Assembly: GCF_001194135.2 (NCBI RefSeq)
Contig: NC_068983.1
Span: forward strand, 151,964,411-152,005,033
From: Octopus bimaculoides
Taxonomy: Eukaryota
DNA length: 40,623 bases
Direction of reading: 5' to 3'
Shown: positions 13,596 to 25,420 of the stretch, piece after piece
Position numbering within the stretch: position 1 is the stretch's first letter
Layout of the letters: each line of letters starts with the position of its first letter
Made by a program: the position numbers and the translations under genes
Notes under the pieces: generated by a model
Told to the model about the DNA's origin: nothing
The model's input: the letters and a program-made list of their open reading frames with translations, nothing else
Databases searched by the model: none

Positions 13596-13650
13596 ATGTG
13601 TGTGTGTGAGTGTGTGTGTGTGTATGTGTGTGCGTGCGTTTGTGTGTCTG

Positions 13651-13821
13651 TGTTTGTCCCCCCACCATCACTTGAAAACTTAGCGGTTTGGCAAAAGAGA
13701 CCGATAGAATAAGTACTACACTTACAAAGAATAAGTCCTGGGGTCGATTTGCTCGATTAAAGTCGGTGCTCCAGCAGGGCTGCAGTCAAATGACTGAAAC
13801 AAAAGAAAAAGAAAAAGAAAA
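13651..13821 (+). mobile_element. SINE family A, 3' half (5' half probably in the preceding gap)
   Basis: TGTTTGTCCCCCCACC...GATAGAATAAGTACT...CTGGGGTCGATTTGCTCG...GCAGTCAAATGACTGAAAC plus (AAAAAG)n tail, preceded by (TA)n(TG)n. Confidence 0.85.
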
Positions 13822-13904
13822 GATATATTCATCTAGACAAGTTAATGCATATGCACGTTTGTATATACTTATTCTATGAATGTGTCTATGTTTGTCTATA
13901 ATTA

Positions 13905-14143
13905 CAAGGTGGCCCAAAAGTAGGTTTACAGTTATTCACCTATCTCTCTCGCATTCATATATAAACAGTTTAGGTCTTAATTATATATAAAAAAAAAGGA
14001 AACCATTATTCTATGTTAATTTAGTAAATTTTGTCAAGCTACCTTTTCAGTTTGTAAGATAGAAATTTAAATGTAATAAAATGTTTTAAAAGAAGTTTAA
14101 AGTGCCTATATGATAACTGTATACCTACTTTTGGGCGAACCTG
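13905..14143. mobile_element. Tc1/mariner-type MITE, 239 bp, TA target duplication
   Basis: Left end TA|CAAGGTGGCCCAAAAGTAGGTTTACAGTTAT; reverse complement of right end TA|CAGGTTCGCCCAAAAGTAGGTATACAGTTAT. AT-rich non-coding interior. Confidence 0.85.
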
Positions 14144-14149
14144 TATATT

Positions 14150-14194
<45 letters not shown>

Positions 14195-15463
14195 GTAGTA
14201 CTCGAATGTCGGAGGTAGTGTAATTTAGTGCATTATTATAGCTGCAAAAACATGGAAATCTCCTGTGGTTTTGGCAATGCAGTGGTAGGTTACTTTTCAC
14301 TTCTTTTGAGCCTCTATGATGTACTTGGTTATGCTGGTTCGTGCCCAGCGTACAAAAATCTGTCAGGCTTTCGTACTTTCGGCAAAATGTTCCCTGTATT
14401 GGGGATTCTATATTTGAAAGTGAAAATTTGTGAAAGGTGGCACCCTTTCTTCATTTCTACATTTGCAGTAATGCTTGCGTGTATAATTTCTGATGCAATT
14501 TCTTTTCAGTGTATCTGAATTCAATATTAATTGTTCCTGTTCTCTTTTTGTAGTTAGTATTAATATTTTGCGTATTATTTCTTCGTTTGCTTTCTGTGAA
14601 ATGTATTATTTTATACATTTTTAGGCCATATTCATGGACATTCATGTGACGAGAAAGGAAAAAAATAAACTTTATGCAAAGATATAACATAAAACATTTT
14701 CCTTTTCTTTTCTTATGTTCCCTCCTGTAGATAGAAATTCCAAACTTTGAGATGCTGTCTATATATTTTGATAGAGCTGTTAGAAATACCAACCAAATCT
14801 ATTAGAGACTACTCTTTGTCTCCCAATAAAATAAAGGGTCACGTTAAATAATATATTCCCAGATACCCCTTGACAGATGGGATCGACACGGCTGGAAGAA
14901 TTGTTCGATTTGGGTTGACGATGTCTGAGCAATAACAATAAAGCAACAAGAGTAACAAACATTTTATTAGAGCAGACATTTTACGTTTACTTCTAAGTAA
15001 AACACCGATGTAACAACAACAACAGCAACAAAAATCAAAGTAACAAAAGAAAAACAGCAAAAGCAACGTCAAAATGCAATAATATTATCGGCCAAAAAAA
15101 AAAAATGTAAATACGAGAAAAACGATTACAACAATAATGCTAGGATTTTTAAAAAAAATCCTGATGGCTCCGTATCAGCTGATCAACAGAAATAACAAAT
15201 ATCCAGGGCCTTTCAAAACATATGACTGACATTAATGGAGATTCCGCCTTGCTGTCACAATAGCACAACAATTCACTGTACTGCGCAAGGGAAAATGTTT
15301 TTAGCTGTTGTTTTATAAAGTGATATTAAATAGCGCTTGCAAATTCAATTATATTAACAGTAAAATAAACAAGAAATCACACAAACATACAATCCACATC
15401 TACACCTACAAACACATTCATGCATACGTACGAATGGAGACACGTATAAAAATATACATATAT

Positions 15464-15494
<31 letters not shown>

Positions 15495-15915
15495 AACATC
15501 ATTTTAAAAACTATAAAATATATTGCATATACATTAATATACGTGCAATATCTTTATATACATGTTCGAGTTTATNNNNNNNNNNNNNNNNNNNNNNNNN
15601 NNNNNNNNNNNNNNNNNNNNNNNNNNNNNNNNNNNNNNNNNNNNNNNNNNNNNNNNNNNNNNNNNNNNNNNNNNNNNNNNNNNNNNNNNNNNNNNNNNNN
15701 NNNNNNNNNNNNNNNNNNNNNNNNNNNNNNNNNNNNNNNNNNNNNNNNNNNNNNNNNNNNNNNNNNNNNCGTATGTGCATGCATGTGTGAGCCTATACGT
15801 ATAATGACGTGACAACGAGAGAGTGACAAGAATTAAGACAGAGAGAAAAATAAAACACAGAAAAGCGCCGCACTGCTTGAACAAAAAATTGTTAAACTGA
15901 AACTGAAGGAATGTG

Positions 15916-15959
<44 letters not shown>

Positions 15960-16246
15960 CTATACACCCTCTCCCATATATTTATATATATATATATATA
16001 TGTATGCGTATGTATCGGCTAATTGTGTGTGATGACAAAAGATGTAGACCTCAATATTGTTGAAAATACAGGACTTTTTCCTTCCATTCGCGATCCATTC
16101 CACGTATGGTTTGTGTTCGTAATAGACTAACGACAGCTGAAGTGCAGTGATCGTGGGATCACTGAAACAGAAACTTAAAGTCTTGTATGTGAGTTTTCAT
16201 AACTCTCATTCAGCACACACTACCACACCTACACACGCACGCACGT

Positions 16247-16302
<56 letters not shown>

Positions 16303-16414
16303 TNNNNNNNNNNCACACACACACACACACACACGCACACATATATTATTTAATATTCGCAGGATGTTAATACGAGCTACTATTAGTTTCATGGCTCTGT
16401 TAATACAGAGTCAG

Positions 16415-16491
16415 ACAACATGGTGTAGCGTGCCGTGTATTTTCAGGCAATGATTCAGACTCAAAATGCGCAGCACGCTATACAAGTTTGT
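16415..16491 (+). ncRNA. Candidate pre-miRNA-like hairpin
   Basis: About 21-bp upper stem (GTGTAGCGTGCCGTGTATTTT / AAAATGCGCAGCACGCTATAC) with one mismatch and three G-U pairs, 19-nt loop and a short basal stem (ACAA/TTGT). Confidence 0.3.
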
Positions 16492-17043
16492 ACAACAATT
16501 GAATAGTTGGAGGCATGAAACTAATAGAAGTTCGCATTTAAATCCTGTTTTATATTAAACGGTATTTATCTCATCAAGCACGAAAAAAACACTATATGTG
16601 TGTGTACGTGTGCATTTTAGTGCATATGTATAATGTACAATCATATATATATAAAATACTATAAAACATTCAATGAATAAATATAAGTATACACCATTCG
16701 ACAGGTATAAGAAAAGAATAGAATTAGTTTCCTAAAAACAAAAACTAAAACACTCTAAAGTTTCCTGGGTGGTCCCTGTAACTACAGAACTCTCTTTGAA
16801 AGTTTGAAATCAGCGTTGATATTTCTGATATCAAAACAAATTTTGATACTCATACTTATACAATATTTTTTTTATAAATGTGTGAATGTTGATATAGGTA
16901 TGGTCATACATAAAACATAATGCTTAAGTAATAGGGTATGTACATTCACACAAATATTTCCATACATATATGCATAAAAACGTACACACATATACTTATA
17001 TATAATCATATATATATATATATAAATAAATATATACATTCAC

Positions 17044-17137
<94 letters not shown>

Positions 17138-17140
17138 AGA

Positions 17141-17185
17141 CACAGGCGTGGCTGTGTGGTAAGAAGCTTGCTTCATAACCCATGT
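17141..17185 (+). mobile_element. SINE family A head fragment
   Basis: CACAGGCGTGGCTGTGTGGTAAGAAGCTTGCTT matches the heads at 28563 and 34144. Confidence 0.7.
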
Positions 17186-18074
17186 ACTGGCTTAAACTTT
17201 AAAACTCGTTTAATAGGGTTAATTTGAATTTACATTTGATTTTCCACAACTTTAACTTGACCTCATCCTATTTCAAGCTAACATCTCTCAATCTATCAGC
17301 ATTTTATATCCTAGCTAATCAGAGCTTTGTTAACCTCTGTATCACAATATGATTACTACCGATATTTCATGTTCTAATACAATTCCCTAGTATGCGTGAT
17401 AGCAACAATCACCAAATATTAATTAATGTCTTAGGTTGACCATGTGTATAAATGGCCCATATCAAATTTCAACACGACAGTTGGCGAATATCTAATCTAT
17501 AACTGATGCTAATATGGTAATGTGTGTTGACCTGACTACAAACACTGATGTTTTATGACTCTTTTTCCCAAAATTTTGGCCATCCAATACCCCTACTTCT
17601 ATTAAGTGATCCCTTTCTCTATGATTTCCTTACTTCTCTTCACCCCTTTGTAACCTATCTTCCTATTTTTTCTCTTCTACTTGCATCTGTCTATCTTTTC
17701 CTCTGTCCCCCACGCACTCCACCATTACTTTAGTGTTCAGGTTGCAACCAGAAATGGCTCTGATGAAAATAGCATTATTTTAAGTCGTTCAATTTTCCTC
17801 AACTGATCAATAGAACATTTGAGTAAACCTGTCAGTACTGTGCCTATAATGACTACTGGAAACAACTTCCTCCAATAAATGAAAAATATGTAACTACCAT
17901 TATTTTAAACTCGTTTTATATATCACTCTGTGTAAAACCAGTTTATCTGGAGTCCTGCGATGGATTTACAATATAGAATTGTGATGAGCCATCACCCCGG
18001 ACCCTTCCATAAAAATACTTACAATTTTTCACTCATCCTCATGAAATATATTACCCAGATTGATAATCCCTCAC

Positions 18075-18170
<96 letters not shown>

Positions 18171-18185
18171 ATATGTATGTATGTA

Positions 18186-19447
18186 TCAGGTTAGATAATG
18201 GCCGATTTTAAGGTCGCTATGAAAAAATGAAAAAGAGCATGATTAAAACAATGTTTATTCGTTAACATAATTACAATTCTAGAACTTCATTCCATCTGTC
18301 AACAAGCTTCTAAATGCCACACTTGTAAAACTTTAGGTCTTGATGTAAAATATGAACCCAGCCCATTTTCAACCTTTTCTCTTGATGTCAACCTAAATCC
18401 ATTGAAATGGTTCTGTAGTCCTCGAAACAAATCATAATCAGAAGGAGCAACGTCTGGAGAATATAGAGGATGAAGCAATATTTTCTAACCAAGGGCTTCC
18501 AAAATATCTTTGGTCAGTCGAGCTGTGTCAGGACGAGCATTATCATGGTGGAAGATGACGCCTATTCTGTTGACTAAGGGTCGCTTTTTTTCAAAGCAGC
18601 TTTCAAACGATGAAGTGAATCACAGTAGAGATTAGTAATAATTGTTTGGTTGTTGACTAACAGTCCATAATGGACAATTCCTTGAATATCCTGCCATACA
18701 CTTAACATGATCTTCCTTGGATGAAGTCCTCCTCTTGGTTGTTGAGCAGGTCTTCCTCCTCGACTGATCCACGATCGGCGGCGTTTGACGTTATGGTAAA
18801 GGATCCATTTCTCATCACCTGTATCAAGCCTTACTAGAAATGGCTCCTTAAGGTGTCGTGAAAGCAATGACTGACAGCAAACAACACGGTGTTGCAGATT
18901 CTCTGGAGACTGTTCATCCGGGACCCATTTTCCAACCACTGAAACCTTTCCGATCCTTTTCAGTTGGCGTATAACAATTGTATGGGCTACGTTAAACTGG
19001 TCTGCAAGTTCTCTACAACTAGCGATTGGATTTTCTTTTACAACTGTTTCCAACTTTTCGGAGTGAAGTTGTTTTGAACGACCTTCTATTTGCTTCGTCT
19101 TTCAAACTCAAATCCCCACTTCTGAAGCAAAAAAAAACATCTCCTGCAACTTCTTTCACTCACTACATAATCCCCATAAACTCTCTGAAGAGACATTGCT
19201 GCTGCGGTTGCATTGATACCTTTATAAAACTCATGTAGTAAGACATGTCTGATGTAATCTTTAGATGGGACAAACATAGATGTAAATATAGCAGAAGATT
19301 ATGGCCGACACAATTAGAATCTGAAAGGAAAATAGATAAATTACTCATTGTGACATTCTTAAAACATTGCAAGAGAAACAAAAAAAAAAAAAATACTACC
19401 TAAAACTTTTTTCTAAAAGATCGGCCATTACCTTTGCCTCAACCTGA
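18186..19447 (-). mobile_element. Full-length but frameshifted mariner (DD34D) transposon
   Basis: TA|TCAGGTT...TAATGGCCGAT inverted ends with TA at 18184-18185 and 19448-19449; length 1262 bp. Transposase motifs: HEFYKGINAT (HTH), GKWVP, DTGDEKW, HPRKIMLSVW and LLHPLYSPDVAPSDYDLFR (about 18420-18490). Confidence 0.95.
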
Positions 19448-20734
19448 TACGTGTGTGTGTATGTGTGTATATACGTACATACATACATATAGAGGGAGAG
19501 AGAAACGAATGTATGTTGAGATATATGTGTGTGTTGAGTGTGTGTGTGTGTATTGATGAACTATCTGGAGGCAACGTTATCACAAAGATTCAATCCCGAT
19601 TCAAATCCATTAGGTCAGTTGCAAGAGAAATGCATCAAGTAGGGAAACATTTAAGGGATTTTAAAATATTCTTGGCCTAAAAAATACAAACGTTTTTAAC
19701 GCAGACATACGCGTTGGAAAACCTGAGAGTTTGATTACCCGACTAAGTTTGTTGATATACTACTAAAATCACTCACTGGCATGAAAGTTTCCTTTGGCAA
19801 AAATAGTAAATTATTTAATCTGTATCGTTTCAAATTTAAATTGAAAACGGTCATAGTTCTGGTGTACAATTTGTAGTATGCTGATTGTGAACTTTCTGTT
19901 CACTCAGGGCAAGATGTGGAAAAATAATGAACCGCTTCTCCAGGCCTATAATGGTTTTGGATTTACGATAAGAATAATAAGGTGACGTTTAGACCAGTTG
20001 TAGTAAAGCTATATGCGTGTCCAGGTGAGCAGATTTGATTGTTTTGTGAACCTCAGCTGCACTGTCGCTAGAGATGAATTGTGATACCAAGTTGAGAAGC
20101 GAATGCTTGAGGAACTGGTCAGTCAGAATTTGAAATTTACCATCAAACCCTGCATCATTGGTGTGCTGTGCTATCAGCTCCTTGCTATATTCATCTGAGA
20201 CAAGTATTCCATATCGTTGGTCCATGATCATTTCCGAAAAATAGCACCAGAAAAGTTTAAAGCGCATATATGACATTAGTTAGAAATCTTTTGCACCTGA
20301 TACTTAAATATTAAAGAAGCAGGCCGTCTCAGTTCCATAGTGCGATTAAACAAATATCATATGCGATGGTTTAGTCGTGTCATCTGTTTTGACAAGTTCA
20401 GGCTTCCGAAATAATTTCTCTAGAGTGAATTCATTATCGGAAATCGGAAAGCGTCTCCAACACAGACCCAAAGAGAGATTTCATGACGTCTCAAACGATA
20501 ATCTTAATTCTTGGAATATTAACACTTTTCAGCGGGAACATTTCGCATTGAGTAATAAACTAAATAAATCATTCGAGGTGGTTGAACGACCAAACCCAAC
20601 TAGTCAGGATTCCGATTACTGTTTCTACTATTCATTCTTTCGATCGCTGAATACAAAACATGACTCACCAGACCTCCGTTTAGGTGATTTTCATGAGTTA
20701 CCATCTCACCCTTCTACGCCAATACTTCACAGGC

Positions 20735-20872
20735 TGCTCAATTATTACGGAGTGAACTGGAACTATGCAAATGAACTGCTTTGCTCAAGAACACAACGTA
20801 CAGCCGGTCTGGGAATCGAAACTGGGATTTTGCGATCGTACACCAACCCTAAGGATTAGGCCACACGCCTCC
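20735..20872 (-). mobile_element. tRNA-derived SINE head, family C
   Basis: Reverse complement GGAGGCGTGTGGCCTAAT...GTTTCGATTCCC...GTTGTGTTCTTGAGCAAA contains A-box-like and B-box-like motifs. Confidence 0.7.
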
Positions 20873-21243
20873 CCTAAGTAACATTGTGTAGAAGAGGATG
20901 CTCTTCAAAAAATGAAATCTAATTCTTAGACAGTGCATGTTGGTGAGGTCCTGTAAGTTGGAAATTCCAGAGATGACCCAATCTCCATTGTCTCTAATCA
21001 CTTTATAATTTTAAACACCAGCCTTGAAAAATCTAATATCGAGAAACCAGCACAGGATGTTTAATTGTATACAGTTCCATCATCCCAGCGGAGCAACCTT
21101 TAATGATATGTACATATTCTGCAAAGTTCAAAAGTTCATTTGAACGAATCTATAATGGTGGAGATAAGGTCGATGAGATCTAATAAAACACAAACGGAAA
21201 CAAAAATGAATTAAGTTTGAAGGCCAGGGTTACTGTTGTAGTA

Positions 21244-21445
21244 ATTCTTTCTACAATAGGTACAAGTCCTGAAATTTTCTGGGAAGGAGTTAACTGATTC
21301 CATAGATCCCAGTTCTATCCTGGTGTTTATTTTATTGTTCCCCGAAAGGATGAAAGGTAAATTGGACCTCTGCGCTATAGGAACGGAGAACGTAAAAAAC
21401 GTGAAAAAGCACACTACGCAATATATCTGATGCATTAACGAACTG
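21244..21445 (-). mobile_element. Older diverged SINE, family B
   Basis: ATTCTTTCTAC...GAAATTTT...CCCGAAAGGATGAAAGGTAAA aligns by eye with 23136-23351. Confidence 0.65.
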
Positions 21446-23135
21446 ACTTGTTTGTTGTATAAAAATATTTGCTGTTGCTTGCAGAAATAAAAGGGAAAAG
21501 ATTTGACTTCGTTTACTTTCATGTATTTCATGCGTCGTTGCGCACTTTATCACTCAGAATATATGAGCATTCATCTTAAAGAGGGAAGATTCAGAAACCT
21601 CCATTTACACTCTAGTGACGATTGTGTACGAGACAATTAAAATAAATATTTCATTGCATGGAGCAAAAAAATGTAGCATAGAAGAGTTTACGTTTCAAAT
21701 AAATAAAATGAAATAAAATAAATAAAATTTATATATAAGTGAATTAAATATAAGTAACTATTGATTTTATTTTAAAACTTGTGCAAAAATGTCAATTCTT
21801 ATAATTCACATAATGTATACAGTAGAATAATTAGAAAACGAGCTGAAATTCAGTTTATTTATTCACGACAGTTCACGTCATTTACAAATTGTAGTTCATA
21901 GAATCAATAGAAATAGATGCAGTTAAGTTTGTTTCTTGCTTTAGTAATGTGTGTGTGCCAGAGTTGCAGGTTCGGTTTGATAGATCAGTGCTCTCCACAT
22001 ATATGTGTATGTGTGTGCTTATTTATTTATATACATGTATACAATTATTAGGTTCCATGTTCTTCGATCATTTTAGAATAAGTATTTGAATTGATCATTT
22101 CCAAAAGGTTCGTATCATTCTGCTTTAAAAAATATTATTTTTGAAGAGTGAATAACTTTTAAGAAAATACTTTTTGAAACCTTTTGATCTTATCAAGTAT
22201 TTTTACCAAACCTTGACATATTCATGTGGCTGGATTTTGCCTTTGTATTCTTGTCTGAGCTTGCATTCCTGCGGGAGTCAACAAAGGTAGGTATAGGGTA
22301 AATGTGAGATTGATAATTATATTGGTTATTGCAGTGCTGGTAATGTTAATGATGTCGTGATAATGCCCATGTTGGTAATCTTTTGTGATGAAGGTTGTTG
22401 GGTATAAGCGATGGTAGTGACAATAGTAGCTATGGTAACGGGACTCGCTGGAATGAGGTGGGGAAAGAGGAACTTCAGGCCTCTTCCTTAATTTGTCCGC
22501 AAATCAATCCAGATATTAAATGTGGTAAGCGATCACATCAACTGTAAAAATCAGAAGACGCAGAATATAGAGGTATAACAGAAACATGGACGACAATAAC
22601 ACTGACAGCACCACCAACAAAAATGAGTAGTTACAACAACGCCAGCGTTAATAACAACAACAATAACAATCTACATTATCACAACGCTACAAATTGTTTT
22701 AAAAAAAAATTAATAATTATTTATATATTTTATGACTTAAATGTGAAAATCAGTAACGGTCATACGTTATATTTGCAATCTTCAACGCAGTTTTTTGTTT
22801 AGCAAAATTCTGCTCTCGACTTTAGACTATGGTTGAAAACATTTACACTAAATTGTGCCTAATTGGATTCAATCTGGAACTATGTCGTTCAGAAATATAC
22901 TTCTTAACAGCACTCTAATGCCTCGACCTAATCGTTCCCAATAAATTAACAATATTCTATCGATTCAGGAAGACGAAATAGCAACATTAACGTTAACTCT
23001 GAACCTGTGGCAATGAAGCGAGATGCTATTAAGGCAGTGTCTAAACTTTAAGCTGCTCTAATTTTATCTGTCGGTATTACTCACCTAACTAAATATTTAT
23101 AATTTTTCATAACAACATTTGGACAAATAAAAAAA

Positions 23136-23351
23136 TATTCCTTTCTACTCTAAGCACAAGGCCCGAAATTTTGGGGAAAGGGGCAAGTCGATTAGATCGA
23201 CCCCAGAACGAAACTGGTACTTAATTTATCGACCCTGAAAGGATGAAAGGCAAAATCGACCTCGGCGGAATTTGAACTCAGAACGTAAAGCCAAACGAAA
23301 AATCGCCAAGCATTTCGCCCGGCGTGGTAACGTTTCTGTCAATTCGCCACC
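23136..23351 (-). mobile_element. SINE family B, full length
   Basis: Reverse complement matches 39886-40036 (GGCGAGCTGGCAGAAACGTT...GAGTTCAAATTCCGCCGAGG...TTTCATCCTTTC...TTAAGTACCAG) plus the 3' tail. Imperfect flanking repeat ATAAAAA(AA)TATT. Confidence 0.9.
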
Positions 23352-25202
23352 TCAGACATAAAAATATTGTTAAATGACACACGAGATGACATTGACTTCT
23401 ATATGCTGCAGAAGAGACAGAGTAACAAGTGCAAAGAGGGGGAGGTTACTTAAACGATACTTATAATACATATAGCTGTACGATTCTCCTGACATTTACT
23501 AGATTGCAGTTTGTAACACCTTTATGGATAGTTGTCTTTGTTTATTGAATGTTTAACTTGTTTATCATGTTGCATTGGAGCTTCTCTTTCTGGTGTGAGA
23601 CTGTGTGTGCATAATTTACTAATAATATGTTCTAGACATGAAAATGTCGAAGTTCTGGGGTGTTTGTTATGTATTTGCATTTTCTTGTTTGTTCCATTCC
23701 TGGTTCCATTCCTGGTTCCTGAATGAACAAACAGAGGAAAATAGTAGCAATCATCACCACATTTAGTCGGGATTGTAAGTACTTTTAATAACTTGTTAAC
23801 CTAGCTGCACAATACTCAAAGCATCGGAGGCGTAGATATGCGTCTACCTTTTCAGTTGTACGGAGTCAGAATCTAGAGCACTGAAAGACTTTACTGTTGC
23901 CATATTCAAACTAAAATAGTGTTTAATTCCTAGTTTGCAACCTAAGGAAATTATTAATCAGTTTTCGGATCTTAAATGGCTAGAAATAGTATCTCAAGAG
24001 TTACACTCTACCGTCCCCAAGAAGAAATTATCTCGATGATTCACTCCTTAATATACAAAACGATAGGCTCGTTATGGCTTGAATAAGTTTGATGATAGGT
24101 CTACACTATACAGACTAGCATGTGTCGTAACACGAGCGAAAGGATAAAAACATCAATAACTTAAGAATGATATGATGGTCTTGTTTACTAGATGTAATAA
24201 CCTCTGTGTAAGTATCACGCATTGTGTCTGTTTAGAAACTGTCAGTGCCTCTAACTTGTGAATATCAACAGCGTATCTTTGGCAAGCACACCATGCAAAC
24301 AAACAACTCATTCCACCTAGCTGTAAATACAACAAATTGATTGAATTCTTCGATTATTATATCAATTAGTGTTGCATCTACATGAAAATAGCTGTTTGAG
24401 TGTATGGTGTATTGGCCAAGGACAGTGAATAAAAACTAACCTTTTGCTGTGACATCAGTTGATATAGTTATTGAAGAATTAAACCAACTGACTGTTTGAT
24501 CAGTCGACTTCTAGATGACTGTGCTATTTGAACTGGGAGTATACATCCAACAGAGATTGACAACATGACAAAAAAGTAGGTAATTACAAAGTAGACGATG
24601 TTCATCAAGGAGTGAAAGCTACTGGAGAATATATGCTTGTCAATAGAGAAAAGATCTTAGAATATTAATTTCAGCAGAAGACAGTATATCAATAGAAGCG
24701 GAATGGAAAAAAAATGAGAAAATATTCATAAGATCGTAAAAAAAGATTTTGGAAAGAACAAGACCGAAATGATATTGGTAAAAGAATAAATATATTAAAA
24801 AATAAAGTGAAGAGGAAACCGTTGCAAAATCAATAAATAATGCTTTAGAAATAAAACAAGCAATATTGGGTGCACATTATTGTAAGTAACTGAAAATACA
24901 CACACACAAACACATTGAGAAAGGGAATAAAAGAGTGCGTGAGTGGATGAAAGACTGAGTAAGTGAATGAGTGAATGAAAAAAAGAGGAATGAGTTCGTG
25001 TAGTGTGTTTTGGGTTCAAACCATGAACACTAGCGGGATTCCTTATGCATTTGGAACAATGTATACCTGTAAGTTATAACCGACAGGCCACATAACTTTA
25101 ATAGACTTTCAGGAAAGTTCGAATAATTTTAGGAAGTCAGTTAAGTTACACGGAATGGAGATGAAAGCTGCGGTTTAGTTCTGGAATTAAGATCTATATA
25201 TT

Positions 25203-25420
25203 CTTTTCTACTCTAGCCACAAGGCCCAAAATTTTTTGGGGAGGGGACCAGTCGATTAGATCGACCCCAGTATACAGCTAGTACTTAATTTATTGACTCC
25301 GAAAAGATGAAAGGCAAAGTCGACCTAGGTTGAACTTGAACTCAGAACATAAAGACAGACAAAACACCGCTAAGTATTTCGCCCGGCGTGCTAACATTTC
25401 TGCCAGTTCGTCGCGCTCTT
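25203..25420 (-). mobile_element. SINE family B, full length, with perfect 13-bp target-site duplication
   Basis: Same consensus as 23136-23351. AGATCTATATATT is present at both 25190-25202 and 25421-25433. Confidence 0.93.

Noticed and set aside
17758-17790. CTGATGA followed by AAATA/TATTT hairpin
   Set aside because: No GAAA, stem III or cleavage triplet follows.
20377-20859. 160-aa plus-strand ORF
   Set aside because: The last third is an antisense SINE; the remainder has no recognisable motif or convincing splice pair.
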